Below are positions 10,001 through 18,162 of a stretch of DNA of 32,897 nucleotides, one piece after another (position 1 is the first letter of the stretch; the number at the start of each line of letters is the position of its first letter). Both the position numbers and the translations under genes were made by a program. The stretch is from Cyanobacteria bacterium P01_H01_bin.15. GTDB taxonomy: Bacteria > Cyanobacteriota > Cyanobacteriia > Cyanobacteriales > JAAUTE01. A model generated the notes under the pieces. The model did not search any database. It was not told the origin of the DNA and was given only the letters and a program-made list of their open reading frames with translations. Where the stretch lies: positions 1 to 32,897 of the forward strand of contig JBCDHF010000003.1 of NCBI GenBank assembly GCA_038750375.1, in the 5' to 3' direction.

Positions 10001-10915
10001 ATTGCCGCCACAGAAACCACCCTCAACAATTTGTCTGATGAGCTGCGCCAAGCGAAAGAAACCCGAGACAAAATCGAAGCCCAGGTCCACAAGCAGCAAA
10101 CTCAGCAGCAGCAAATTACCTGGCAACAACAAAAACTCCAAGAAATCCAAACGAATCGCGAGCAAACCCAAACCGAATTACAAGCCCAGCTCGCCCAACT
10201 AGAAGCAGACTTGCCCCCAGAACTTCCCGATGAGCCCTGGCCGGATCTCAGCGAAGTTGACTGCGCCAAACGCCTCGAAGAATTGCGTCATGAAATCAAA
10301 AATGGGCAAAAACGCTTGCAGGCGATGGAACCGGTCAATATGTTGGCGCTAGAAGAATACGAGCGAACTGAAGCGCGGCTGAATGAACTCTCTAACAAGC
10401 TCGCCACCCTTGAAGAAGAGCGCACAGAACTATTGTTAAGAGTCGAGAACTTTACCACCCTCCGACGCCGAGCATTCCGGGAAGCTTACGACGCGGTCAA
10501 CATCAACTTCCAGCGCATTTTTGCGGAACTCTCCGACGGTGATGGCTCTTTGCACCTTGACGATGAGGAAGATCCCTTTAACGGCGGTCTCAATCTTATT
10601 GCCCATCCCAAAGGCAAGCCGGTCCAGCGCTTAAGTTCCATGTCTGGCGGCGAAAAATCCTTGACCGCGCTTAGTTTTATCTTTGCCCTGCAGCGCTACC
10701 GCCCGTCTCCCTTCTACGCCTTTGACGAAGTAGATATGTTTCTAGACGGCGCTAACGTCGAACGCCTGTCCGCCATGATCCAAAAGCAAGCCCAGCAAGC
10801 CCAGTTCATTGTGGTCAGTCTGCGGCGACCCATGATTGAAGCGGCTGAGCGGACCATTGGCGTCACGCAAGCGCGAGGGGCCCATACCCAAGTACTGGGT
10901 TTGAATCTTTCTTAA
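7007..10915 (+). CDS. smc: Chromosome segregation protein SMC
   Basis: FKSF, Walker A GPNGSGKSN, Q-loop VLQGDV, coiled coils, hinge GRATFLPLNKI, signature MSGGEKS and Walker B FYAFDEVD. ATG at 7007 (MVFINRVEL). Confidence 0.97.
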   Translation: MVFINRVELTHFKSFGGTVSVPLLPGFTVVSGPNGSGKSNILDALLFCLGLASSKGMRAERLPDLVNHKHRQNRQTAETTVSVTFDLTDWAATFGNDESDPPTVTNGNGHHGEDSNVSRAELDSPLDLENYESNEASVDDISALEPAPDNDRSTLSLTPDESERENIFPQGLTDPLSSEIGGAETPVNQKSQRKIADFIPVKVVEVENEAKVSLEWTISRRLRLSKNGSYSSTYYINGEVCTATELHEQLSRLRINAEGYNVVLQGDVTRIITMNSRERREIIDELAGVAAFDRKIDKARDTLESVREKEERCRIIEQELIATRDRLAADRIKAEKYRQLRIKVEGLQRLEQYVNCEKHRQELKTLRQRMAAGVVEAEKLTAQLADITKLLAETQAQRDEWNTKVKALGEDEQLAAATKLANLKAQQTQLQERQATLTQQQAQNTQAQAQIQAAIATLLEQISGLENESTLFGEKTLPELVAARDTAKTNLQTKRDAAAAIAENSNASLNAQSQLLAQLAEVQRQLDPLRQEQTQLTERERQLTQQLGELAQQRDSQQSQSSQRETEVSDRARQNEELTEQIQALGTQLAQVQQELTLQQETQNRLLREQRDKQRQLDKLEAAKEAQQQAQGTYATKAIMRSQLSGICGLVSQLGQVDPEYQLALETAAGGRLGQIVVESDAVAAAGIALLKQERAGRATFLPLNKIRAPRSQNLGNLAYARGFIDLAVNLVTRETRYDEVFAYVFGGTVVFASINEARAHLGKARIVTLEGDLLEMTGAMSGGSRGNRSAFHFGAAAANDSLEIETLQARLAEIAKILGTCDRLIAQKNEQISQLTQAMTEARQLQRESQLRFEQSQTEQARISAEQQQYQLRWTQSQQEAEQVQTRLQALAITIPPLEQQLAQLQQEQLALGTQDTTSEWQTLQAEIRTSENSLAEQENRLQAAQQQQRDREAQILRLQEKRNETQTQLTDAQAQSQALQTQQLDSSCQLDELAKEIAATETTLNNLSDELRQAKETRDKIEAQVHKQQTQQQQITWQQQKLQEIQTNREQTQTELQAQLAQLEADLPPELPDEPWPDLSEVDCAKRLEELRHEIKNGQKRLQAMEPVNMLALEEYERTEARLNELSNKLATLEEERTELLLRVENFTTLRRRAFREAYDAVNINFQRIFAELSDGDGSLHLDDEEDPFNGGLNLIAHPKGKPVQRLSSMSGGEKSLTALSFIFALQRYRPSPFYAFDEVDMFLDGANVERLSAMIQKQAQQAQFIVVSLRRPMIEAAERTIGVTQARGAHTQVLGLNLS

Positions 10916-10918
10916 GGC

Positions 10919-10990
10919 ATAAACCCCATTAAATTATTAGCCTGACTTATCTCAATACGAGTACGACTGGGCTAAGTTTTAGGAGTTTAT
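10919..10990 (+). terminator. Imperfect stem-loop after smc (possible terminator)
   Basis: TTAGCCTG (10937-10944) pairs with TGGGCTAA (10968-10975) and is followed by GTTTT. Outer arms ATAAACCCC (10919-10927) and GGAGTTTAT (10982-10990) pair with one mismatch. Confidence 0.35.
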
Positions 10991-11255
10991 TGGCTGGGAA
11001 CTCGGGCTTGTGATCGCAGATTGAGCAATCATCGGTTTCCCAAACTGATTCACGCTTTTCAACGTTTACTTACAGCTAGCGTTGACCTCCAGGTTCTGTA
11101 GTTATAATCTATGGCGAATATCCGAGAGTAATTACTCACCTTACGGATACTGTTTATTTCGTCAGCTATCGAAACAAAACCTGTTTTTTGGAACGTTTTA
11201 GACTGCTCCAAATCCTCATAAGTAGCATCTTCTCCGGTTTGACTTTGTGCCTGCG

Positions 11256-12671
11256 ATGAATAGTAAAAAATCCCTGACCGCATCTCTTTCTGCCTTTGGT
11301 TCAGCAATGTTGCTTGGGCTCTCGGCCTGTGGAGGTGGCTCTGACCAAACTCAGGGCCAAGCACCTGCGATTCCGGTCAGACTGCAAACCGTTGAACGGG
11401 GTCCCGTTATTGATAGCAGTGAATTTGTTGGAACCTTAGAAGCGCAGCAGCGGGTTGCTTTAGCTCCCCAAATTGATGGAAGAATTCTCAACATCCTGCG
11501 ACGAGAAGGCGACCGCGTTTCCACCGGAGAGCTCCTGGTTCAGTTGCAACCCCTCAAACAGCAAGAAGAAGTCAACTCCGCCCAGGCAGCTGTTCAATCT
11601 CAAATTGCCTCCTTACGTCAAGCTGAGGCGGATTTAATTAGTACCCAAGCCTCTCTAATTGGTGCTAGAGCTGAGCTTCGCGCCGCCCAAGCCGATGAAG
11701 CCCGCGCTGGTGCTGACGTAGAACGCGCAAAGGCAGATTTGCAAGATATTGTCGCTGAAGTAGAGCTAGCCGAAATTAATATTGAGCGTAATCAAATGCT
11801 CGTTGAAGGGGGCGCTTTACCACAGCAAGATCTTGATGACGCGACCCGGGATTTGAAAACTAACCAAGCGCAACAGTCGGCGCGCCAAAAAGCTGTAGAT
11901 GCGGCGGCCCAATCACAAGCGGCCGCTGCCGAGGGCATCGAGCAGGCTCGGGCGACAATTACCCAACAAGAAGCCGCTATCGAGCGCCAGCAGGCTGAAA
12001 TCGCTAAGCAAAAAGCTGAAATTGAACGCGCAAGAGGTCAATTGGGCTCCGTCAGCGAAGACCTTGATTACAACAGCGTTCGTGCCCCGATCGACGGCAT
12101 CTTGGGCGCATTTCCGGTCAAAGTTGGCGACTATGTCAACATTGGCGACGAAATCACCACCTTGACCCGTAATAAGCAGCTGGACATCAATATTTTCGTC
12201 CCAATCGAATATCGCGATCAACTCCAAGTGGGGCTGCCAGTCGACATTATCAACCGCGACGGTAGCCAAGGCACTCGCGGCAATATTTACTACGTGGCAC
12301 CTCGAGTAGACCAAACTTCTCAAGCTGTTCTCGCCAAGGCAACCTTTGTCAATGATGGCAGTCTCCGCGATAACCAGTTTGTCAAAGTGCGAGTCGTTTG
12401 GAATGAGCAGCCAGGCGTCCTGATTCCGACGGTCTCCTTGCGCCTCATTGGTGGCCAAAATTTTGTCTTTGTCGCTGAATCCGGCGACGAGTCCGGTCAG
12501 TTTGCCAAACAGAAGCCAGTGACTCTCGGTAAAATTCAAGGTCAAAATTACCATGCCACCTCTGGAGTGCAGGCCGGAGAAAAAATTGTGGTCTCTGGCA
12601 TTTTGGGTCTTCGGGATGGGATTCCGATTACCACTGAAATCCCGGAACAATCTCTCAAGCCGAGCAATTAA
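11256..12671 (+). CDS. RND efflux periplasmic adaptor (membrane fusion lipoprotein)
   Basis: Lipobox LGLSAC, lipoyl halves APQIDGRI and VRAPIDG, long helical hairpin, and position directly upstream of an RND permease. Start at ATG 11256 or GTG 11247. Confidence 0.93.
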   Translation: MNSKKSLTASLSAFGSAMLLGLSACGGGSDQTQGQAPAIPVRLQTVERGPVIDSSEFVGTLEAQQRVALAPQIDGRILNILRREGDRVSTGELLVQLQPLKQQEEVNSAQAAVQSQIASLRQAEADLISTQASLIGARAELRAAQADEARAGADVERAKADLQDIVAEVELAEINIERNQMLVEGGALPQQDLDDATRDLKTNQAQQSARQKAVDAAAQSQAAAAEGIEQARATITQQEAAIERQQAEIAKQKAEIERARGQLGSVSEDLDYNSVRAPIDGILGAFPVKVGDYVNIGDEITTLTRNKQLDINIFVPIEYRDQLQVGLPVDIINRDGSQGTRGNIYYVAPRVDQTSQAVLAKATFVNDGSLRDNQFVKVRVVWNEQPGVLIPTVSLRLIGGQNFVFVAESGDESGQFAKQKPVTLGKIQGQNYHATSGVQAGEKIVVSGILGLRDGIPITTEIPEQSLKPSN

Positions 12672-12746
12672 TACAGCTCAGATCCGTAACCTGGGTTAGA
12701 GCCACTTTGTTTTCTTGCCGACCGTTCGTTCATTCATCGCCCGCCC

Positions 12747-15700
12747 ATGATTTTTAGCATTGCCGATATTTTCATTAAGCGTCCGGTACTGACGACGGTC
12801 TGTACAATCATTATTTTGCTGGTGGGCGGGATCTCGATTCCGCTGCTGCCAATCGCGAAATTACCTCAGATTGCGCCGACTCAGGTTTCGGTTAGCTCAA
12901 CCTATACCGGTGCGGACCCGCAAACGACGGAAAAGACGGTTACGACCATTATTGAGCGAGAAATTAACGGGGTTGAAGAACTCCGTTACATGGACTCCAC
13001 CACCGACATTAATGGTCGCTCCACGATTAATGTCTCTTTCCCGACGACAGTTGATCGTAACACGGCACAAGTTAACGTCCAAAACCGGGTCGCTCAGGCT
13101 GAATCACAGCTTCCTGAAGCTGTGAGGCAAACTGGCGTGACGACAGAAAAGGCGTCTCCGAATATTTTGCTAGCCTTAGCCTTCTATTCAGAACTAGATG
13201 ACAACGGCGAGCCCATTTACAGCACCGAATTTATTAGCAACTACGCGGATCTGTTTATTTTTGATGAATTAAAACGTTCACCGGGCGTGGGTTCGCTCAC
13301 TGTTTTTGGCGAACGGAAATATGCCATGCGGATCTGGCTAGATCCGGAAAGCTTGGCAGCACGGGATTTAACGGCGAGTGATGTGGTAAACGCCATCAGT
13401 GAACAGAATATTCAAGTTGGCGCAGGAAAGATTGGCGGTGCGCCAGTTCCCGCCGGTCAAGAATATGAAGTCGCGCTGCAGGCAGTGGGTCGTTTTCAAA
13501 ATGCGGAAGAAGCTGAGGACATTGTGGTCCAGGTGCAATCGGACGGCACTCTGATCAAGATAAAAGACGTCGGACGCGCAGAACTCGGGGCGGAAGACTA
13601 TAGCCTCAATACCGTTTACAACGGGAATGCATCGGTGGGTTATGCCGTTTATCAGTTACCGGGCAGTAACGCGCTTGATACCGCAGACAACATCAAAGCG
13701 ACAATGGAGCGCTTGTCGGGTGATTTTCCTCCTGGTATGACCTACGCGATCGCATTTGATACCACCCTGTTTGTCTCTTCTTCGATTAAAGAGGTGGTTA
13801 TTTCGCTCGTTCAGGCAATTGCACTTGTCGTTCTAATCATTTTTGTCTTCCTGCAAGATTGGCGGACCACCCTCATCCCAGCGATCGCAATTCCAGTTTC
13901 CATGATTGGTGCTATGGCGGGTTTGATGGCGCTGGGATTTGAGTTAAATAACATGACCCTATTTGGGTGCGTGTTAGCGACTGGTTTGGTGGTAGATGAC
14001 GGGATTGTCGTTGTGGAGGCGGTCTCAAAGAAAATCAACGAGCAGCGCATGAGCCCGATGGAGGCCGCGCTGGACTCCATGAACGAGCTGACCGGTGCGG
14101 TTATTTCCACATCACTTGTCTTGATGGCGGTCTTTATCCCGGTGTCGTTTTTTCCAGGTTCCACTGGTATCGTCTATAAGCAGTTCGCCCTAACTATTGC
14201 CTTTGCGATCGCATTTTCTACGTTTAACGCTCTGACCTTCTCCCCGAGTATGTCGGCGGTGATTTTGCGTCGCCAAGAACCCATGGGCGGTCCGTTGGGT
14301 TGGTTCTTCAATAAATTTAATCAGGCCTTTGCCTGGACAACCCAGCGCTATCGCTCTTTGGTTTCAATGCTGATTGGCGTCCGCTATTTAGTTTTACCGA
14401 TTTTTGTGGCGGGTTTGGTCGGGACCGTCTTTATGTACGGCATCGTTCCCGGCGGATTTATTCCCGAGGAAGACCAGGGCTACATCTTTATTGTGGGTGA
14501 GGCACCAGCGGGAGTCTCTTTGGAATATAGTTCCCGAATTTTGCCGAAGGTAGACCGGATAGCCCGCGAAACCGAGGGGGTTGAATCCGCCTTTGGTTTC
14601 AGTGGCTCTAGTTTTGAAGAACAAGCCGCCAACAAAATCCTCTTTTTTATTCGCCTAACTGATTGGTCAGAGCGCGCATCGGCAAAGGATTCCGCTTTTG
14701 GCATTATTGGTCAAATTCAGGCGCGATTGTTTCAAGAAATACCGGAAGCTCGGCTGCAGGTAGTCAACGCGCCACCGGTCGATGGCTTGAGTAGTACTGG
14801 TGGTTTTGAGATGTGGGTTCAGAACCGCGCGGGTCTACCTATTGATGAACTGATTAGTAACGTTGAAAACTTAATTGCGAAAGCCCAACAGCGGGAAGAA
14901 CTCGGACAGGTTTACACTCTGTTTACTTCCTTCACGCCCCAGACTAAGGTGGAAGTCTTTCGTAATTCGGCAAAGGCCCTGAATGTTGATATCAATGAAA
15001 TTTTCAGCACGCTCCAGACTTATCTTGGCTCCAACTACGTCAATGATTTTGTCTTGGGACAGCGGCAATATCGAGTCTATGCCCAAGCCGAAGGTCGCTT
15101 CCGCTCGAAAAAAGAAGATATTGGTCGCTTATATGTGCGATCACGAGATGGGGAGCTGATTCAGCTCAGCAACTTGGTCAAAACAGAAGACATTCTCGCA
15201 CCACCTGTAATCAATCACTACAACGTCTATCAGTCGATTAAGGTTCAAGGGGCTCCCGCTCAAGGGTTTAGTTCCGGTCAAGCGATCGCAGCGATGGAAG
15301 AAGTCGCGAACGAAGTCCTTCAGCCGGGTTTTTCGTTCGAATGGACTGGAACAGCGTTGGAAGAAAAAACCTCAGGTGGTGCCGCACCGATTATTTTCGG
15401 TTTGGGTTTCGTAATGGTGTTTTTAGTGTTGGCGGCTCAATACGAGAGCTATGTCGACCCCACCATCATTATGCTGACCGTTCCTCTCGCGGTCTTGGGT
15501 GCATTGCTCGGCATTTGGTTCCGATCAACGTTTATTCAAACTAGCGGCATTTGGCCTTTGGTTTCCAACAGTGTCTACTGCCAAGTGGGTTTGGTCATGC
15601 TGATTGGCATGGCAAGTAAGAACACGATTTTGATCGTTGAATTTGCCAATCAATCCCGTCAACAAGGGATGGATATTGTCCGAGCGGCTGTATTTGCCGC

Positions 15701-16067
15701 TGAGCAACGTTTCCGACCCATTTTGATGACCGCAATTTCCAGTTTGGTGGGTTTCTGGCCGCTGGTGGTCGCAACCGGTGCAGGTGCAATCAGTCGTTGG
15801 GAATTGGGAACTGCCGTTTTTGGTGGCATGCTCATTTCAACTGTTTTGAGCTTGCTGTTGGCGCCAGTCCTTTATGTCGTCATTAAACAGTTTGAAGCGC
15901 GCTTCTTGATGTCGGGTGGTGGTGGCGATGATACAGGTGCTGATGGCCACGATGACTATGATTACGATTATGACGATGATGTCGATGATGTCGATGTGGC
16001 GCCGGATTACGAGGAAGAAGAGCAGACCACCCCTGCATTCAAGACTTTTCCTCAACCCGAATCGTAA
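12747..16067 (+). CDS. RND efflux permease, HAE1 (AcrB-like)
   Basis: 1106 aa with FIKRPV, YAMRIWLDP, proton-relay GLVVDDGIVVVE, SKNTILIVEFA and RFRPILMT, ending in an acidic low-complexity tail. Confidence 0.96.
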   Translation: MIFSIADIFIKRPVLTTVCTIIILLVGGISIPLLPIAKLPQIAPTQVSVSSTYTGADPQTTEKTVTTIIEREINGVEELRYMDSTTDINGRSTINVSFPTTVDRNTAQVNVQNRVAQAESQLPEAVRQTGVTTEKASPNILLALAFYSELDDNGEPIYSTEFISNYADLFIFDELKRSPGVGSLTVFGERKYAMRIWLDPESLAARDLTASDVVNAISEQNIQVGAGKIGGAPVPAGQEYEVALQAVGRFQNAEEAEDIVVQVQSDGTLIKIKDVGRAELGAEDYSLNTVYNGNASVGYAVYQLPGSNALDTADNIKATMERLSGDFPPGMTYAIAFDTTLFVSSSIKEVVISLVQAIALVVLIIFVFLQDWRTTLIPAIAIPVSMIGAMAGLMALGFELNNMTLFGCVLATGLVVDDGIVVVEAVSKKINEQRMSPMEAALDSMNELTGAVISTSLVLMAVFIPVSFFPGSTGIVYKQFALTIAFAIAFSTFNALTFSPSMSAVILRRQEPMGGPLGWFFNKFNQAFAWTTQRYRSLVSMLIGVRYLVLPIFVAGLVGTVFMYGIVPGGFIPEEDQGYIFIVGEAPAGVSLEYSSRILPKVDRIARETEGVESAFGFSGSSFEEQAANKILFFIRLTDWSERASAKDSAFGIIGQIQARLFQEIPEARLQVVNAPPVDGLSSTGGFEMWVQNRAGLPIDELISNVENLIAKAQQREELGQVYTLFTSFTPQTKVEVFRNSAKALNVDINEIFSTLQTYLGSNYVNDFVLGQRQYRVYAQAEGRFRSKKEDIGRLYVRSRDGELIQLSNLVKTEDILAPPVINHYNVYQSIKVQGAPAQGFSSGQAIAAMEEVANEVLQPGFSFEWTGTALEEKTSGGAAPIIFGLGFVMVFLVLAAQYESYVDPTIIMLTVPLAVLGALLGIWFRSTFIQTSGIWPLVSNSVYCQVGLVMLIGMASKNTILIVEFANQSRQQGMDIVRAAVFAAEQRFRPILMTAISSLVGFWPLVVATGAGAISRWELGTAVFGGMLISTVLSLLLAPVLYVVIKQFEARFLMSGGGGDDTGADGHDDYDYDYDDDVDDVDVAPDYEEEEQTTPAFKTFPQPES

Positions 16068-16284
16068 ATTTATCGGGTCGCTAAGTGCTAAAAGTCTCGC
16101 AGAGCAAGTGACGCCTTGATTTCAAGTTTACGGGAAACCTGTCTCTTCAAGTCCAGAGGATAACCTTGGCAACAAGCCATCTCCACTGAGGACTATTGCG
16201 AGTTTGGGTACTTTCAGTCATGCTATGTCCCATGAAATGCCCATTCCGTAATTGGGCTGTTGCCGATAAAGCTCAGGTTTTCCC

Positions 16285-18159
16285 ATGCATCCAGAAACAG
16301 TTGGTGATTCCCTTGCAACTTTGATCGCGGAGGTTAGCGGTCAATACCCCGAACAATTTGCCTTGCTAGCACCGGGCAGAGAGCCTTTAACGTTCAGTCA
16401 GTTACTATTCCATTTGGATAACGTCGCTGAACAGTTGTCTCAATGGGGGATCACGCCCCAGGATCGGGTGGCGGTCTCTTTGCCCAATGGCCCCCAGATG
16501 GCGACTGTATTTTTAGGCGTTGCACGCGTGGCTAGCTGTGCCCCCTTGAATCCCAACTACCGAGAGCCCGAATGCGAGTTTTATTTATCGGATCTCCAGC
16601 CCAAAGCGTTGATTGTTCAGCCCGGGATTGCAGATGCTGCCCGCGCAGTGGCTCTTAAACTCGGAATTGTCGTGTTAGAAATGTCGATTCCGGACAATGG
16701 TCCTGCCGGTGTTTTTGAACTTAAGAGCGACACCCCTTACTCATCGGAGCCGAGCTCGCAGCGGGGCAGCCCCGATGATGTTGCGTTAGTTCTCCATACT
16801 TCGGGCACCACTTCCCGCCCCAAAATGGTGCCCCTTACCCAGCGTAATCTCTGCCGATCTGCCCTCAATATTGCAGACACCTTAAGGCTCACCTCCCAAG
16901 ATCGCTGTCTCAATGTGATGCCTTTGTTTCACATTCACGGGCTGATGGGCTGTTTGCTTTCTTCAATCTCTGCCGGGGCTAGTATTGCCTGTACGCCGGG
17001 ATTCGACGCTGACAGCTTTCGAGACTGGTTAAAAGAGTGCCAACCGACTTGGTTTTCGGCTGTTCCGACCATGCAGCAGGCCGCTCTGACCCAAATTCAG
17101 CAAGGCGGTCTCCCGGATTGCCCACTTCGTTTTGTCCGCTCATCTTCTGCTGCGATGCCTGCCACCGTCTTAGCCGAAATCGAAAAAACCTATGGGGTTC
17201 CTTTAATTGAAGCCTATGGCATGACAGAAGCCTCCCACCAAATGACCAGTAATCCGCTTCCTCCGGCTCCCAGAAAACCCAAATCGGTCGGGGTGGCAGG
17301 GAAAACGCAAGTTGCGATCGCGGCAGCAGATCGTAATGAACTGCTGGCTCAGGGAGAAATCGGAGAGGTTGTCATTTGTGGGGGGGCGGTCACCCAGGGC
17401 TATGTGTCTAATCCGAAGGCTAATGCTACGGCCTTTTTTGAGGACTGGTTTCGAACCGGAGACCAGGGCTATCTCGATGAAGACGGCTATTTATTTTTGC
17501 AGGGACGACTCAAGGAAATCATTAACCGGGGCGGAGAGAAGATCTCGCCGCTGGAAATTGATGAAGCGTTGATGGAATTGCCAGCCGTGCATCAAGCCGT
17601 GGCGTTCGCGATGCCCCATCCCACTTTGGGCGAAGATTTAGCGGCGGCGGTTGTGCTAAAGCCAGACTCAACCACAACCCCGAGAGACTTGCGGGACTAT
17701 CTATTTGAGCGAATTGCTGACTTCAAAGTGCCCAGCCAAATTATTTTGGTCGAGCAAATTCCCAAAGGCGCCACCGGAAAATTACAACGCATTGGTCTAG
17801 CCGAAAAATTATCTTCACAACTTACCGCTGACTTTGTCGCTCCCCTCAATGAGACTGAACAAGCCATTGCCGCCGTTTTCCAAGAAATTCTCGGTTGCGA
17901 TCGCGTGGGAACCACCGAAAATTTTTTTGTGTTGGGTGGAGATTCCTTAAAAGGAACCCAAGTCACCTCCCGGTTGAGCCAACAATACGGAATCGAACTG
18001 CCCAATACCCAACTATTCCACTGTCCCACCGTGGTAGAGCTCGCCCAGGAAATTGAACGTTTGACTCGTGACGATGCTGCGATCGCAGACTTAGCGGACG
18101 AGCTAGCGGGACTCTCTCCCGAAGAACTAGAACAACTGCTGGCAGAAGCCGAGGGCTAA
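16285..18159 (+). CDS. Adenylation-thiolation didomain: oxalate-CoA ligase-like (AAE3/Pcs60-type) A domain fused to a carrier domain and an acidic docking-like tail
   Basis: DDVALVLHTSGTTSRPK, PLFHIHGL, WFSAVPT, LRFVRSSSA, EAYGMTEASHQMTSNPLP, INRGGEKISP and PKGATGKLQR match the oxalyl-CoA synthetase clade as I know it. The carrier motif FFVLGGDSL has its Ser codon at 17944. The tail is IADLADELAGLSPEELEQLL. Confidence 0.85.
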   Translation: MHPETVGDSLATLIAEVSGQYPEQFALLAPGREPLTFSQLLFHLDNVAEQLSQWGITPQDRVAVSLPNGPQMATVFLGVARVASCAPLNPNYREPECEFYLSDLQPKALIVQPGIADAARAVALKLGIVVLEMSIPDNGPAGVFELKSDTPYSSEPSSQRGSPDDVALVLHTSGTTSRPKMVPLTQRNLCRSALNIADTLRLTSQDRCLNVMPLFHIHGLMGCLLSSISAGASIACTPGFDADSFRDWLKECQPTWFSAVPTMQQAALTQIQQGGLPDCPLRFVRSSSAAMPATVLAEIEKTYGVPLIEAYGMTEASHQMTSNPLPPAPRKPKSVGVAGKTQVAIAAADRNELLAQGEIGEVVICGGAVTQGYVSNPKANATAFFEDWFRTGDQGYLDEDGYLFLQGRLKEIINRGGEKISPLEIDEALMELPAVHQAVAFAMPHPTLGEDLAAAVVLKPDSTTTPRDLRDYLFERIADFKVPSQIILVEQIPKGATGKLQRIGLAEKLSSQLTADFVAPLNETEQAIAAVFQEILGCDRVGTTENFFVLGGDSLKGTQVTSRLSQQYGIELPNTQLFHCPTVVELAQEIERLTRDDAAIADLADELAGLSPEELEQLLAEAEG

Positions 18160-18162
18160 GAC

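Noticed and set aside
8060-10210. CAA/CAG-rich repetitive DNA in smc
   Set aside because: It is explained by Gln-rich coiled-coil coding, with no discrete repeat unit or CRISPR-like spacing.
11913-12650. 245-aa antisense ORF and the other short ORFs overlapping smc, RND and NRPS genes
   Set aside because: They lie wholly within well-supported genes, show no protein motifs, and are expected from codon bias.
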